DNA of 63,288 bases, filler included, from Choristocarpus tenellus KU-1152 (GCA_964200185.2; 10 parts of 10 records of this genome joined end to end with filler, not necessarily neighbours in it), one strand, 5' to 3'; counted from the whole stretch's first letter, positions 25,241 through 38,592 are shown. Numbers and translations: made by a program. The notes: a model not told the origin generated them from the sequence alone.

Positions 25241-26612
25241 TGAGACTTTGGTGTAGGAGTTGTTCTTCTGAACGTTGAGTCAAATGCAGAGTAAGTGCCG
25301 TGAGGTGCAAGTGTCGTGCTAACATATCTGTTGTCAGGGCAAACGTTGGAAGGGGGTTTTCCCTCCAGGTTTCCTCCTCCACTGTATCCCCAACGCTGCC
25401 TACTGATAAGTTAGGACCTGGAAGTGACATTCGTTTCATTTCTGCTGCGTTCATGATAGGATGAAGAGTGACGGGTCAAAGTATGTGGGGGGGGGGTAGT
25501 TTGCGAGGGGGAGTCCGTTTCGGTCAAACAACNNNNNNNNNNNNNNNNNNNNNNNNNNNNNNNNNNNNNNNNNNNNTTAATTAATTAANNNNNNNNNNNN
25601 NNNNNNNNNNNNNNNNNNNNNNNNNNNNNNNNTTTTTTGTTTTTTAAATAAATAATTGATTAAAAAAAAAAAAAAAAAAAAAAACAGAAAAAAACAAAAA
25701 ACCCCCCCCCCCCCCCCCCCCCCCTCCCCCAAGAAAATTATTGAGTTTCAAAAAGTCGACCCAACCATTGTATGCGATAACGGACGATATATTTAAAAAT
25801 CCCTGTTTAAAAAAATATTAAAACAAATGGAATTAGAACGGAAAGCTATACGAAAAACAAAAAAAAGTAATGCATCCGCGCAAACGCACACGTTTAATTC
25901 ATAAGTACATACATAAATATAAATATATATAAATTTTAAAAAAGATACATATATATAAATATAAATATACATAAATTAAAAAAATATATATATACAAATA
26001 TATATATTTATATATAAATATATATATATCTGCACGAGGGCAAAACGCATGAGCATTGAAATCGGCAGTACACTATGCCAGTGAAAGGTACAGACCATGG
26101 TTTGACAGGTTAAGGTACATTACCACTAGGTACATCTGTATACAACAAATGGTAGAACATATACCACCGATACTAACCCTAACCCTAACCCTAACTCCAA
26201 CCCTAACTCCAATTTATTGTCAAAGTTGACGAGTCACCAACGAATCTGCCATGCTTCCTTTCCTGATACAGGCTACGGAGTATGTAAGCATACATAAAAT
26301 AGATGAATGACTCTCTCTATATATACTCAATGGTGGATGTAAACCCGGAGGTTCTTGATTTATTTTTTTTGCAAGCGGCGAGCAGAAATAAATAAAAATA
26401 TTCAGATAACGCTGAGGATATATGCATGTATGTCATGAATGCTGCTATGAATGTACCTGGAAAAAAAGGTAGGTCACTTCCTGTCACAAAATAAACTATT
26501 ATGCCAAAAAAAAAATGAATAAATCCACACTCATAAAAAAAACAAGCATGTTCCACAGCACGTGCTTGTTCTCTTAGAATAAGAAAAAACACGTACGCAC
26601 TAGTGCACTGAA

Positions 26613-26656
<44 letters not shown>

Positions 26657-26826
26657 TACACATAATACACATAATACACATCCGAACAAAGACACACTCA
26701 TAAAGCACTTACAAGCACCTTCTTATTGACACACAACCTACACACACAAACACAACAAACACACAGACACACAGACACACAGACACACAGACACACACGC
26801 AACACTTAAGCAAATAATGCACACAC

Positions 26827-26988
26827 CGTTGAGTCCTTCAAGAGGGGAAAGACGTCCCTTTGGGACGAAGGCTCGAGATTGATCATGACAAACTTCTGCC
26901 AGGGCATCGCCTTTGGGCGTTGGGGGAAGTCTCTTTCCTTGTGTGTGGCCAACTGGAAGAGCACCCCATCCGCCTTGGACAAATCTTC
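26827..26988 (-). CDS. Internal exon of a putative GT10 alpha-1,3/4-fucosyltransferase (N-terminal domain)
   Basis: 162-nt exon bounded by cag and gtgtgt, encoding EDLSKADGVLFQLATHKERDFPQRPKAMPWQKFVMINLEP, resembling the GT10_N pattern ADAVxFH...P..RP..Q.WV...E(S)P. Other exons not identified. Confidence 0.55.
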
Positions 26989-27389
26989 CTGCACGGAGAG
27001 ATTGGGTTCGAACCACAGAAGATTTAGAGGGGTAGGGCCGTTCGTCGGCCATTCGGGAGTGTGCCGTTCGTCGTATACATCCGATGACGTTGGCGATTTT
27101 GATGTTATATTTTTTTTGGTAACATATCGTGTGTTTGTTAGCAAGTGTCAACTACTATCTATCCTTGTTCCGGACACACCTTTTTCATAGTCGCGCATGT
27201 ATTGCATCACTTTAGGGTTATAGGGTAACTGTGTTCACACACACACACACAAAAAAAAGAGAGGGCATAATAAAATAAAAAAATACCCGTGGGAAGAAGC
27301 CAAAAAGCCCCGATCGGACAAATAGGGCAAAAACGTCTACCCTCTAAAATGGTTTGGTTCATTGGTTAAGTGTTGAGAGTTACATAGTC

Positions 27390-27785
27390 GAAGGCTACAG
27401 GGCGTTGACTCATAGCGCTCTGTAGCGCTCTGAATGCACCCCGTCCACCTTGGGCAAATCTTACCGAACGTGTCTTGTCTAGTATTGGGGATATACGAAG
27501 GCTACAGGGCGATGACTCATAGTGCTCTGTAGCGGTTGCTCTGAACGCACACACCCCCCCGTCAGCCCCAGACAAGTCTTAATGCAGGTGTTAGTCAATT
27601 GACTGCCGTCGGGGTTACATAAGGACTACAGGCTATCGACTCGTAGCGCTCTGTAGCACTCTGAACGCACACCATCCCCCTCCCTCGGACAAAAATACGA
27701 CTGGAGGCGTTGTCTGATGCTGTGAAGGAATATACCCCTCACAGAGCGTCAACTCAATAGGCTCTGTAGCGCTCTGAATACTACG
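27390..27785. repeat. Tandem repeat (~110-125 bp, 3-4 copies)
   Basis: Repeated aaggctacagg..gactcatagcgctctgtagc.ctctgaa.gcac. Confidence 0.75.
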
Positions 27786-29269
27786 TGCTGACCTCAGGCA
27801 GACAGACAGACAGACAGAGACAGAAGCGTTTTGGACACAATAAACATTGCTAGGGGGGAACATTTATGCAATTGTTCTGAACCCTGAACACAGAACTCGG
27901 AGACCGCTCAAGGCAAATAATAAAAAAATAAAAAACACTTCATCAAGAGAAAAAAAAACAAGAAGAAAGTTACTTCAACCTTCAACCTTCCACTATATAA
28001 CCTCCCCCCCCCCCTCCCCCCTCCCCAAAAAAAATAAATAAATAAAAAATACTCTCAATCGAAAATCGCACTGGGCAGGTGACCACTAAACAAAACAAAA
28101 CAAAACAAAACAAAAACTGTGCTGTACACGTGGGAAACCGTGACGGAGGTGGTTCTCTCACACTTTTTTTTAGTTCTTTCTCACGGCATGTATGTGCTCT
28201 CTGGGTACCTACCGGAGCCGTGCTGTACACATTTTTATCTTTTCGGTCAAAAAATGATGAAAAAAAATCACACACACTACTATCCCTGTTATCCCTTTGA
28301 TTCCCAGGACAAGAACTGGATGGGTTGGGAGGTACGGTACGCCTGAACTACGCAGGTACAACACTTACAACCTTGGAAGGCTATCTCTGATTCCTGGCAA
28401 AACCAGAGGGGCACACATTCACCATGGAGCCCTACTTTACCTTCCCAGTACCCACTTCACCTGCGATCGAGGGACCTGAGGGATTTCCACAATACAGGCG
28501 TTCCTCGCAGATAAGATTGGCACACAAAATTCAATTTCTAGTGCATTTCCCGTAAAAAGTAAACAAATACAAATAAAAATAAAAATAAACATAAGCACCT
28601 CATAGCTCCCCATTAAAAAAAAAATCAAACCAACAAAAGCACACAACGCCTTTTTCTTCAAAAGAACCTTGTAGTTGTCCCCCCNNNNNNNNNNNNNNNN
28701 NNNNNNNNNNNNNNNNNNNNNNNNNNNNTTAATTAATTAANNNNNNNNNNNNNNNNNNNNNNNNNNNNNNNNNNNNNNNNNNNNCCAACTGTGTTCGAAC
28801 GTCAAGCAGAGCTCAAGTTGCACGAGGAATCCGATTACCACCACATTGGTATCACCTATCTTTTTTCACAGTCTCGTGTTAGCAGGTCATATATATAGAC
28901 AGCTGAAACTTCTCCATGACTGGCAATATGAAGGGGGTCTAGAAGAAATGGAACAATCCCACAGAGGGAAGTCGGTCCCTATCTTGCTCAGGCTCAACGT
29001 ATCTGTGAGTGGGTGGTGGCTGTCCATTTGGGGCACTTTTTACATGTTGCGATTTTTGTGTGATTTGGTTGCATACGTCGGATGGTTACTGTAAATTGAC
29101 TTTCCTGATTTTGACCGAAATGGACACCTTTGTGTAGACCCCCCCCCCCCCCCCCCCCCCATGTGTGTTTCCTCGGCCGCGGCCCCCCCCACACATGAAA
29201 AAGCGTGTTTNNNNNNNNNNTGGACACCTTTGTGTAGCCCCCCCCCCCCTCCCAGATACTTTGGGTCTC

Positions 29270-30030
29270 ACCGGTCAACTGCCTCCAACTTGAAGTGAAT
29301 GGTCCGCTTTGAAATCTCCAACCACTTATACGATTTCGGACATAACCTCTCGCAGGGATGGCTCAACTACTCCCTTCCTGCTTGACACCCTTGGTATCCT
29401 AACTACCCACCTGAGTTGCCACCTCATCCAGAAATTGTAAGCGTTGTGTGCCAAATCACCTGAGGCTTTCCACCGTGAAGGTATTGAGGTTACAAGTATG
29501 AGGGCCAAAACATCCTTCGTAGTGGAAGCGCTTCAAGGCCTCGGCTGCAGCAGCGCAATTGTTTGTTGTTTGATGGTGATCTTGTATGTGGCAGTCAGCT
29601 TGAACCTTGGCAGGGTCCAGATCTTAGAGGACACCCTTTCCTAGTGGGGGGTAGTGATTGTGTTCGACAATGCCCAAGTGTGGATTACTGTATCGATGAT
29701 ACAGAAATTCTGGTGAACTTACAATGCACTCCCATCCCATTCTCCAGTGTGCCATGGGGATGCCATCCTTAGGCAGATACTGCCTAGTTGCCTGACCATA
29801 GCCGTGGTCTGCCACACTTGCCCTCCAGCATACAGGTATGTGTGTTCGCGCATGCCTAGCGTCAACACCTTGTTTTCTCCATCCAGCAGCAGGGCATTGG
29901 TAGGCCGGTGCCTCCTTCACCCCCAAAGACAGGTTGACCGTATTTGGACTTCTGGGAATGGAACCCGCTGAAGTGCACGGGGGAGTCCCCCTGTCTTCTG
30001 GAAACCCCAGTCCTCGGCGAACCCCCACTA
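29270..30030 (-). mobile_element. 3' fragment of a CRE/NeSL-type non-LTR retrotransposon (restriction-like endonuclease region)
   Basis: AAAEALKRFHYEGCFGPHTCNLNTFTVESLR*FGTQRLQFLDEVA matches the RLE pattern A..K..KY...FAVE..G.LG..A..FL, preceded by CIIDTVIH. Confidence 0.6.
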
Positions 30031-31143
30031 TCGTACTCTTTTCACTTCTTCACAAAAGCCTAGGGTTATTCTCAAGCACAGGTTAGGGTTAGGGTTACGG
30101 TTACGGTTACGGTTACGGTTTTATAATGCAGGCGAAAAAAGTGAAAAATAATTGAGTGGGGCTCCCAAAGACTGGGCCTTCCCTGTATATCGTAACGACC
30201 TTTTCATATCGAAAAATAAGTGAACTGTTACTGCAACCAAGAGTAGAGCTCGATAAACACAATTCAGAACAGCAAGGATGTGTAAATTCACATGTAAAGT
30301 ATGCGTCCAGCTCTATGACGATGTGTACACTCGGTCAAATGTTATCCTCCTAAAGGATGCCAATGAAAGTATCTTAGAGGGTCGGAGTTTTGCCCTGTTT
30401 GTCTGTTTGGAGCTTGATTTCCCACAACGTTTTATGACATTTTCCTACTCCGAAATGTTTAGAAGTAGGTAAAATGTACATGTCATGAAAAATGGTGTGT
30501 CCGGAGCAAGGGTATTGACACTTCCTGACAAACACGATAGCCAACACTACATCAAAACCGCAACATTGGATTATAGCCCTCAAATAGACGCGGCTGTAGC
30601 CCCTAAGATACTTTGACTCTGAGTTAGTGCGAGGGTAGGTCACAATCGGATTCCTTGTGAAGAGTAGGTCCTGTTGGACATGTCAATGCCAGCATTCCGT
30701 CAATCGCAGCTCTATTATATGGGAGTCAAAACGGAGAAGTATTTCATGCGGTAGTTGAAACAATCCGACAGGCAAAGATGAGATATTTAGACCTATGTCT
30801 ATAACATGGCTTCATCCCTCTGTAGTTTATGATTTTTTTCGAGCAAATGTAACACATCTTCATGGATTATGAGAACTTCCAACAATATGTCGCTATTACT
30901 AGAAAATTGTAGTGTTTTATGTACCTATAATATGTAGTTTCCAAGACTGAATTTTATGGCTACTCACTAATTTCGTGTTCTGAGTGGTGATAATTGTGTT
31001 CCTTTAGTGCTCAACTGCAACAGCATATGACTTGTACGACCTATGCCCTCGTACCCACAATATGGTAATGCTCTTGCTCATTGGGCGATTGTATTGTATG
31101 CAGAGGAAGGACATGACCTTGATGAACCCTCTACGCCAGCAAT

Positions 31144-31403
31144 GACCCAAACCAATCGAGAGGTAGACAGGGTTGCATTTAAGGATTCTGAGAAGGGCAA
31201 AAAGACGCCATTCTGTACAATGGTAAAATGAGCCTTTGCTGAATTGCATTTTTATAATTTTGGTATCACTTTGCGTGTGGGGAGGGGAAATATGAACTTT
31301 GCCTAACATAATGCAATGAAGTAGAGTGTATTGTACAGGGTAAGGAAGGTGAGTTAGAATGCAAGAGGATTACAACCTGTCTACCTCTCAATTGGTTTGG
31401 CTC
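31144..31403. mobile_element. MITE family C (~255 bp, TIR ~GAGCCAAACCAATTGAGAGGTAGACAGG), representative copy
   Basis: About 28-bp TIR; diverged copies at 15234-15488 and 42184-42439. No clear TSD retained. Confidence 0.8.
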
Positions 31404-31859
31404 AAGGGTCAAAGTATCTTGGGGGGGGGGGGTGGTTTGTGAGNNNNNNNNNNNNNNNNNNNNNNNNNNNNNNNNNNNNNNNNNNNNTTAATTAATTAAN
31501 NNNNNNNNNNNNNNNNNNNNNNNNNNNNNNNNNNNNNNNNNNNCGTTAGAAGCCAAGCCCCAAATGGACAAGCAGGGCAAAAATCGTACCCTCTAACATA
31601 CTTTCACTCTTTTGTTTGGGACCACAACAGAGTTTTTGAAAATCTTGCTCTTAACTTATTCCAAACATAGCCAGTCTGGAGTATTTCGAAAACACAACAA
31701 AAGAAGAATATAATATGATGGCATGTTACACAATACGATGCTTGCCATAAATGATGAGGTATTGAAAGCGAGCATTACTGTAGAATGATTTATCAACCTT
31801 CAACAAAAAGGGATGCACTACCTAGAGCTCTAAACACCATTAGAGTTGAACAAGCTCTG

Positions 31860-33700
31860 TTCGACATAGTCTTCATGGTTTGCAAGCATGCCCATGGTTA
31901 AACTCATTTGAAAGTCGAAACTAAAGAAACTTAACACCAATGTGTCGCAAATATCATCTCATTTGTGCGAAAAACCGTATCAACCATATGACAATGCTAC
32001 AGAGCTTCAGAAATTTAAGATGGCTTGAAGCTCAAATACCATATATTCTATGATGAGGGAAACAAAATAGAAAGGGATAGAGGATTTTGACTTTATAAAA
32101 ACGAATTTCTACCTCCTCAGATCATGATAGGGAAAATCGGATATTTTCCTGACATCAACAACACCCTCGGCCAGAGATCCAGAAGCATGCAAAAAACTCG
32201 CATGTTCTATTGTGACTCTCTTCTAAGTATCTTCACCCTTCAAGGTACCCCACTCAAGTCCTCAACCCCACCTTCTACACGCAATACAGTCATAATTGGT
32301 GTAAGTAGAATCAGTTGGGAGATGCCCGAAGTTGTTTTTCAAGAAAACCTCTTCCCCCTTGTGTCGGACTTTGCTGAAGCCTGAAGCCTCTCAGATTGGA
32401 GTTCTGGCCTCTCCAACAAACTCTGCCGTTTTTGAGCCCATGTCAAAACTGTTGCTGGTGCCGCAGCCCTACCTCTAAACTGAAGCTCATCAAGTCGACA
32501 CCTACAAACAGTAATTTTCCAACTGAGGGTGTTGATGGCGTCAGAATCATTGGATTCTACGAGAATTTCAAAGAATGGTTGCTTGGTAAACAGGGAGGGG
32601 AGAAGATCTTTGTTGTTCTCACCATGTCTCCGAATTACTGTGTGTCTCATTCAAGCCTAATATCGAACAATTTCCTAGAGTGTTGCTCGTCTTCTGAGCA
32701 CAGGTTAAGATAGAGGGATATCGAATCAGTTAACCACTGTTCTTACACCATTCTTGCGATCACTCCATTGTACAGTGCAGATATTGAAAGATACTGTGTC
32801 ATGAGAACTCAACACTTCCAGACATGATTGTTTTCAGAGCTAAAATACACTTGTACCTAAGGATTTACTTGTGAGACACCTGGTAATCACGGACATGGTA
32901 GAGATATGATATCGACAGTTGGCCAATTGTTTGTACACCTGAGCAATATCCTCCGAAAACTCGGATGCTATTTGCTGCTGGAACGGAACCAGATCATACC
33001 AGGAACATATTAGGCAACATAAAGCCATTACAGGCAATGACAGATCTAAAGCAACGCTATTCAGAAACATTGTAACTGGTACTATTGCAAGTCTAGATTT
33101 GGTAAAAACGTGAACATCTCACTGTTCAACCATGCCCTTCCTGTAACTCACATAAGACCACTGTAGCACATTCATGTTGTAGTGCTACTTATTTTTTCTG
33201 CCACATGGAATAGTGCCAGCTTGAGGAAAGGCCAAATCCTCCCACTCTTAAGGGTTGGGTGTAGAGATATTCCCCTTCTTTTGGACTGAGAATATTGAAG
33301 GAATTCAATATTGTGAACTCTGCGGAGCTATTCCGTACCTCTCAATGGTCTCCTTGTCCATGTCCATTCTGTTGTCAAAGAGGGTGCCCAGGTAGTCATC
33401 GAGCTTCTGGGCCGAACTAAGATGTTGCAGCACCTTATTGTTCACCTTGTGTGCGGTTTCCACCAGGTCAAACACTCTACCTCCTACGAATGGAGGATTT
33501 TGAGGAACATGTGGAAAGGAATTTGAGTACTGGGAGCCGGGGATGATTGTTGACGTCTGTACCAACCGTTGAGGCCGCGATTATGGTCTAGTAACTTCTA
33601 TTGATGTAAAGACAATTTTTGATGAATGTATAGAAGAGGCAGGTAACACATTATGATGTTCGGCACTGGGATGCAACACTTGATCTTGAGCCCTAGAAAT
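31860..33700 (-). pseudogene. Probable endogenous bunya-like RNA virus L (RdRp) fragment, N-terminal half to about motif F/A
   Basis: About 1.2 kb reads largely in one frame with scattered stops and no introns. LANCRYHISTMSVITRCLTSKSLG resembles the L-protein 'RY' block; FPIMI*GG-(R)EI near 32110 resembles F.K.Q.GG.REI; about 65 codons later SFDF..FNHGH resembles D..KWNQGH. The motifs need frameshifts. Confidence 0.45.
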
Positions 33701-33744
33701 TCAGGTTGTTGACATTTTGATGTTTTTTTTCAATATACGGCCTC

Positions 33745-35690
33745 TGGCATTGTGCACGTGTCATCAGTAGGACATTACTTGTTTTCAGCTTTTCCTCGAT
33801 GCAAGTAAATTACTGGTATTAACTATAAATCCTCTGCAAGAGAGTTTGATGCTATTAGTACCTTTTGATCAGGTTTATATGGTATAATATTCACTACATC
33901 ATGATTCCAATTCCAACTATTAGTTTGAACGGTTGTCCATCACCTTTACCGCGCAAAATACTGTCTGCTAAGATAGTAAGAAACTTACCAGGGGTAGACC
34001 AAATTAGAATTTTTTCGTACTATATGTCTCAACGAAGTAAGGCTGCGAATCTCCCTCCTTGTACAAAACGTTAGACTAATCCAAAATATGTTACATGATC
34101 CCATGTATCCTTCCCCTTCACACACAAATAATAGTTACAGACTCTTCCTCAATAAACCCAGAAATATCAACAATTTGTTCCTTTTCTTCTACTGCTTCAA
34201 AAGAGTTTTTTTCTGGTTCCAATTGTTGATTTGAAAAAACAAAATTGATCGGAATAATTTTCAGTTCGTTTTACAAATTTTCGGAGTTGTTTTGAGGTAG
34301 TTAACATCTTGTTGAACTCAGTATGTTCCATTATAAAATTTAAATATTTCCAATTTTCTCCAGTTTCCCCCTTGACACATCTGCAGAATATCAGAGGGGA
34401 TAATAATAAAATATATTTCCAACCTATCCTATATTTTACTCACTTGATATCTAGTTCTGCACAGAACTATTTCTTGTCTATAGGAAATAAACGCTTGAAG
34501 AACTTAAATAATATTCTTACCTTAGGAACATTATTTGAACTTCATATATTCATATTTCCATATGCTTTCGATTCAAGAGACATAAGCTTGAATAAGCATT
34601 CCATAGCGTCGCTTTAGTTCAAGAATTATTATTTCATCTTCTGTTGATTCATCACCAATATTACTCATTAATGGATTGAACACTTTTAGCTTTAAGAAGT
34701 ATAGCTATTTGTTCAATTAACTGTGATTTATGAACTTAAATGTCACAAATGTCACAAATGTCAATTTGATATAATCCATGACTAATACTTTCTTTTTCCC
34801 ATTTCGCTCTTACTCTAAACCTACCCTATCTCTCATAAACATTTATAATTGAAGCTTTATTATCTATAATTATTCCACCCGTTGGAAAATAACACCCTTA
34901 TATAAACTGCAATATATCCGCACAACAAGCAGTGCTCTTCAGATCATCAATCAAATATATTACCGCATCGCAAAGCCCATGTATGTTATGTGGGGGAATG
35001 CTTGTTGCCATACCTAATGCTATACCTTCCGATTCATTTGCAAGTAAATTAGAAAGAACTGTGCAGGCATCAAGACATAATTTGATCATCGTAAGTAGGA
35101 CGAAAATCAACCGTATCATTATCTATATCTTCCATCGACAAAATACAAATTCCTGTAATTTTTTATTCTCTGTAAATAAATAGCTGCTACATTATCACGA
35201 TCTACTGAACCAAAATTTCCTTGTCCATCAATTAGTGGTTACTGTAGTGAGAACTTCTGGGTAAGAAGTACCATAAAATTTTATTATTATTATGCCCTCT
35301 GACGTTTTGTAGATGTGTCGGGGGAAAAACCAATGAAAAAACTATTCAAATGTCCGAACAACCCAGAAAAAAGGAGCAGCTATTATAAATACGAAAGCAA
35401 TTTTCTATCATCTATTTACTATTTTCCTGCCACCTATGCTACACCACTGCCTTTATGTGCCTCCAACCTAGGTCAGTCCTGCACCCCAGGGTCAGGGTGA
35501 GGAGCTCGGGAATCATCCCATAGTATCATAAACTGTGGTATCCCCATGTGGACGGCATTTAGCAATTGCATCTCCAATCCTAACCCTAGCCCTGGAACAT
35601 TTTTATATCGTGATTTTTTTTTTTCAATTTTATCTTCAGCATTTGTATTAAGTAGACGTCTATACACAGGTTTTAATCCTGAACGTTCAG
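33745..35690 (-). pseudogene. parC: Decayed Rickettsiaceae-type DNA topoisomerase IV subunit A
   Basis: Colinear remnants across frameshifts: [139 protein letters not shown]-rich, no introns. Confidence 0.9.
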
Positions 35691-36419
35691 TAGTGACCAA
35701 GACAAAATTGTCGGTAGAGCATAGGAAAGGTGAAGCAGCAACGCAAAATGTAGAAATTTACTCACCTCCTCCTCCTGCGGGAGGTGGTCCAAGTTGGGAT
35801 AAACATGTTGCACGTAGAGTTGATTTTATTAATTATTTTATTAGAGGTGTGACTTACGAACGAAACACGATTATTGATGGATTGTCGCAAGATAAGGAAG
35901 ATATAGAATTAATCAAGAAAAAAATATTCTTAGAGAAAGCTACAAGGGGATCTTAAGCTAATTTAGTAGATAGAGGAATAGATTACGGTGGTAGTTATAT
36001 AGATATAAGAGAGTAAGAGAGTTGTGGTGTAATGGTAAGAAAGAATAAATTGGTTAAATAGAAGTACGGTCCGGTGTAAAACAGAATCAATAGATTAGTC
36101 ACCAAGGGTACTAGATAGCTGTTTCCATGTATTGCTGGTCACTCTTCCCGATTCTAGACCCAAAGTATCTAAGGGGGGGGGGGTTCAACACCAGGGTGTC
36201 CATTTGGACCAAAATCAGGAAACGTGTATTTACGTTACACATTAGACGTATGCAACCAAATCACCCAAAAATCGCGACATGAAAAAATTGACCCCAAAAT
36301 GGACAGCTGCAACCTCCCACCAGATACTTTCAGCCTCTACAGATGCTTTGTTCTTGCTGATAGGTTACCAAAGAGTTCATTCTTAAGAAAATTACCAGCT
36401 AAATTGGTTTGCTCCTAAC

Positions 36420-38200
36420 GCTTTCCCGCCTCAGCTTCAGTTCAAGTACAGGCAAACGCGTTTGCTACCGGTGTTTCTCCTACTACCTCCGTGCAATAAG
36501 TCTGTGCCACGTTGTCCATAACTTTTGAAAATGTTCATGAAATTCTTTTCCAAAAGAAGAATTAGAATCTTTGACGTGTTTCTGGTTAAGGTCAGCTCTT
36601 TTTGTTATTATTACTCCCCATCCATCACAATTTTATCAGCTTCAGAAAAAGCGTCCATGTCTACCTTCGGTATGTTTTCAACCTCACCAGACAACTGCCT
36701 CTTCCTTACCCCTGTGTGCTCCACTCTGAAGTCATTTCCCCCTTTGTATCTAAAGTACTTGATTGTACACCACAAAAAGGAGCTGCCAAGCCCTCTCAAG
36801 TGTGGCTTCATCATATTCCTCATACTGTTTCTTAATGACCTTCACCATCTCCTCGATGGACCCAAACTGCTCTCCCATCACTCAGCATTTCAAAGACCTC
36901 AAGAAACACAGGTCCATGACATTGAGGTTGGTGGAGTTAGATGACTGTGTCACAAGCCTAATCGACCGCTCCTCACTCTTCCCTGCCCCTGACAAGATTT
37001 CTGAGTTTCCCTTGCCCGTGTGGGGGGTGGCACCATCTTGCTGAATGACAACGTGCTTCCCCTGCAACTAAAGCATCTTGATCTTGGTTGCAGGCAGTAA
37101 CTCCTCCGTGTATCACTTCCTGTACCACAAATGGTCTATAGTACAGCCCTGCTCATACACATCCCCCTTTTTATGGTTCTTGCTTGTCCTGTCTGCCGTT
37201 TTGGCGCACACACACACCAAACACCAAGCTTTCCATCAAAGTTGTGAGCCGATTCTGGGCAGGCGTTGGCTGCAATAATCATGTTTTGGGGGATATGACT
37301 CTTGTGCTTCACAGTGTGGGACCCTGGAAGGTTGCTATCATCCTCGTGCCGAAATACCCCAACCCTTTCCCCATCGGCCATCGCGTAAAACCAGGTTTCA
37401 GCCACATTGATTGTGTTCGCCATGGAGGCTTGCACACCACGGTTCTGGTTCACTTGATCGCAAACAAAGTTCATTCTCCATACCTTTTACCACGATTTAT
37501 GCTTGGGTTTGATCCAGCGGCGATTTGGCATGGCCCCCATATCATCCAACCACCATTTTATTGTCCTTGTGCTATAATTCAGCCCCTTGGTGACCATCTT
37601 CATTATTACCTGACGCACTATGAATGACCAATTATCGGAGTTGATATTATGTATTGCGGCCATCTTGGTTGGTGTGAGCTCCAAAGGCCGTTCACTACGT
37701 GCCGCCACCCCTAGGTCAAGCGTGTGGCCACAGGTGAGCTGATTGGCGATGTCCTCCAAGTGGAAGTATCTTAGAGGGTACGAATTTTGCCCTGTTTGTC
37801 CATTTGGGGCTTGGTTTCCAACAGATTTTTTATGACATTTTCCTAATCCGAAATGTTTTGGAGTAGGTAAAATATGTATGTCAAGAAAAGGTGTGTTCGG
37901 AACAAGGATATTGACACTTCCTAACAAACATGATAGCCAAATTCACATCAAATCGCAACATTGGATTTTAGGACCCAAACGGACGCAGCTCTACTCTCTA
38001 AGATACTTTGACTCCTCTCAGAGCCCTCGCATGTAACACTTGGACACTCTAAACTCCGTGTAAGGGCCGGCCCAATGTGTTGTGGCAGTTTATGCCCACC
38101 AGGGACCATCGTGAGGGTGTGCTGCGCTGCAAGTGCAACCCTGGTATTTAGGAACACTTGGGCACCCTTCCTATGTGGGGGGGTCGACGGGGGGGTTGCC
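36420..38200 (-). mobile_element. Degenerate mariner-like transposase (DD39D/plant-mariner type) with MITE A inserted at 37758-38014
   Basis: INVAETWFY (first-D block), KSHIPQNMIIAANACP, FDGKLGVW, VIQQDGATPH...QSSNSTNLNVMDLCFLRSL. Forty residues lie between the second and third D; frameshifted. Confidence 0.85.
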
Positions 38201-38547
38201 ATGCCAACCTTCTGACCCTCGATGTGCCCAGTTTTAGCCTCAAAATCAACCCCAAATACCCCTACCTAGACGGCTTGAAGCACCTTGAGTTTGTACCTGA
38301 TGATCCTCGACCCTCACCTTTTCTGAAAGCTGAGATTATCAACCCGATTTCATTCTATGGGGTTATCGTCCAATTCGGTGCCGTTCTCGCTCGGTGAGCC
38401 CAGATGTTTCGTGGCACAAGGCCCAAAGTATCTGGGAGGGGGGGGGGNNNNNNNNNNNNNNNNNNNNNNNNNNNNNNNNNNNNNNNNNNNNTTAATTAAT
38501 TAANNNNNNNNNNNNNNNNNNNNNNNNNNNNNNNNNNNNNNNNNNNN

Positions 38548-38592
<45 letters not shown>

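Noticed and set aside
27390-27785. Repeat-spacer-like pattern resembling CRISPR
   Set aside because: Repeats are long and diverged, intervening parts are partly homologous, there are no cas genes, and the context is eukaryotic.
33745-35690. Functional organelle-targeted gyrase A or bacterial contaminant contig
   Set aside because: Many frameshifts, host-type insertions and flanking host MITEs indicate an integrated pseudogene, and the motifs are ParC-like.
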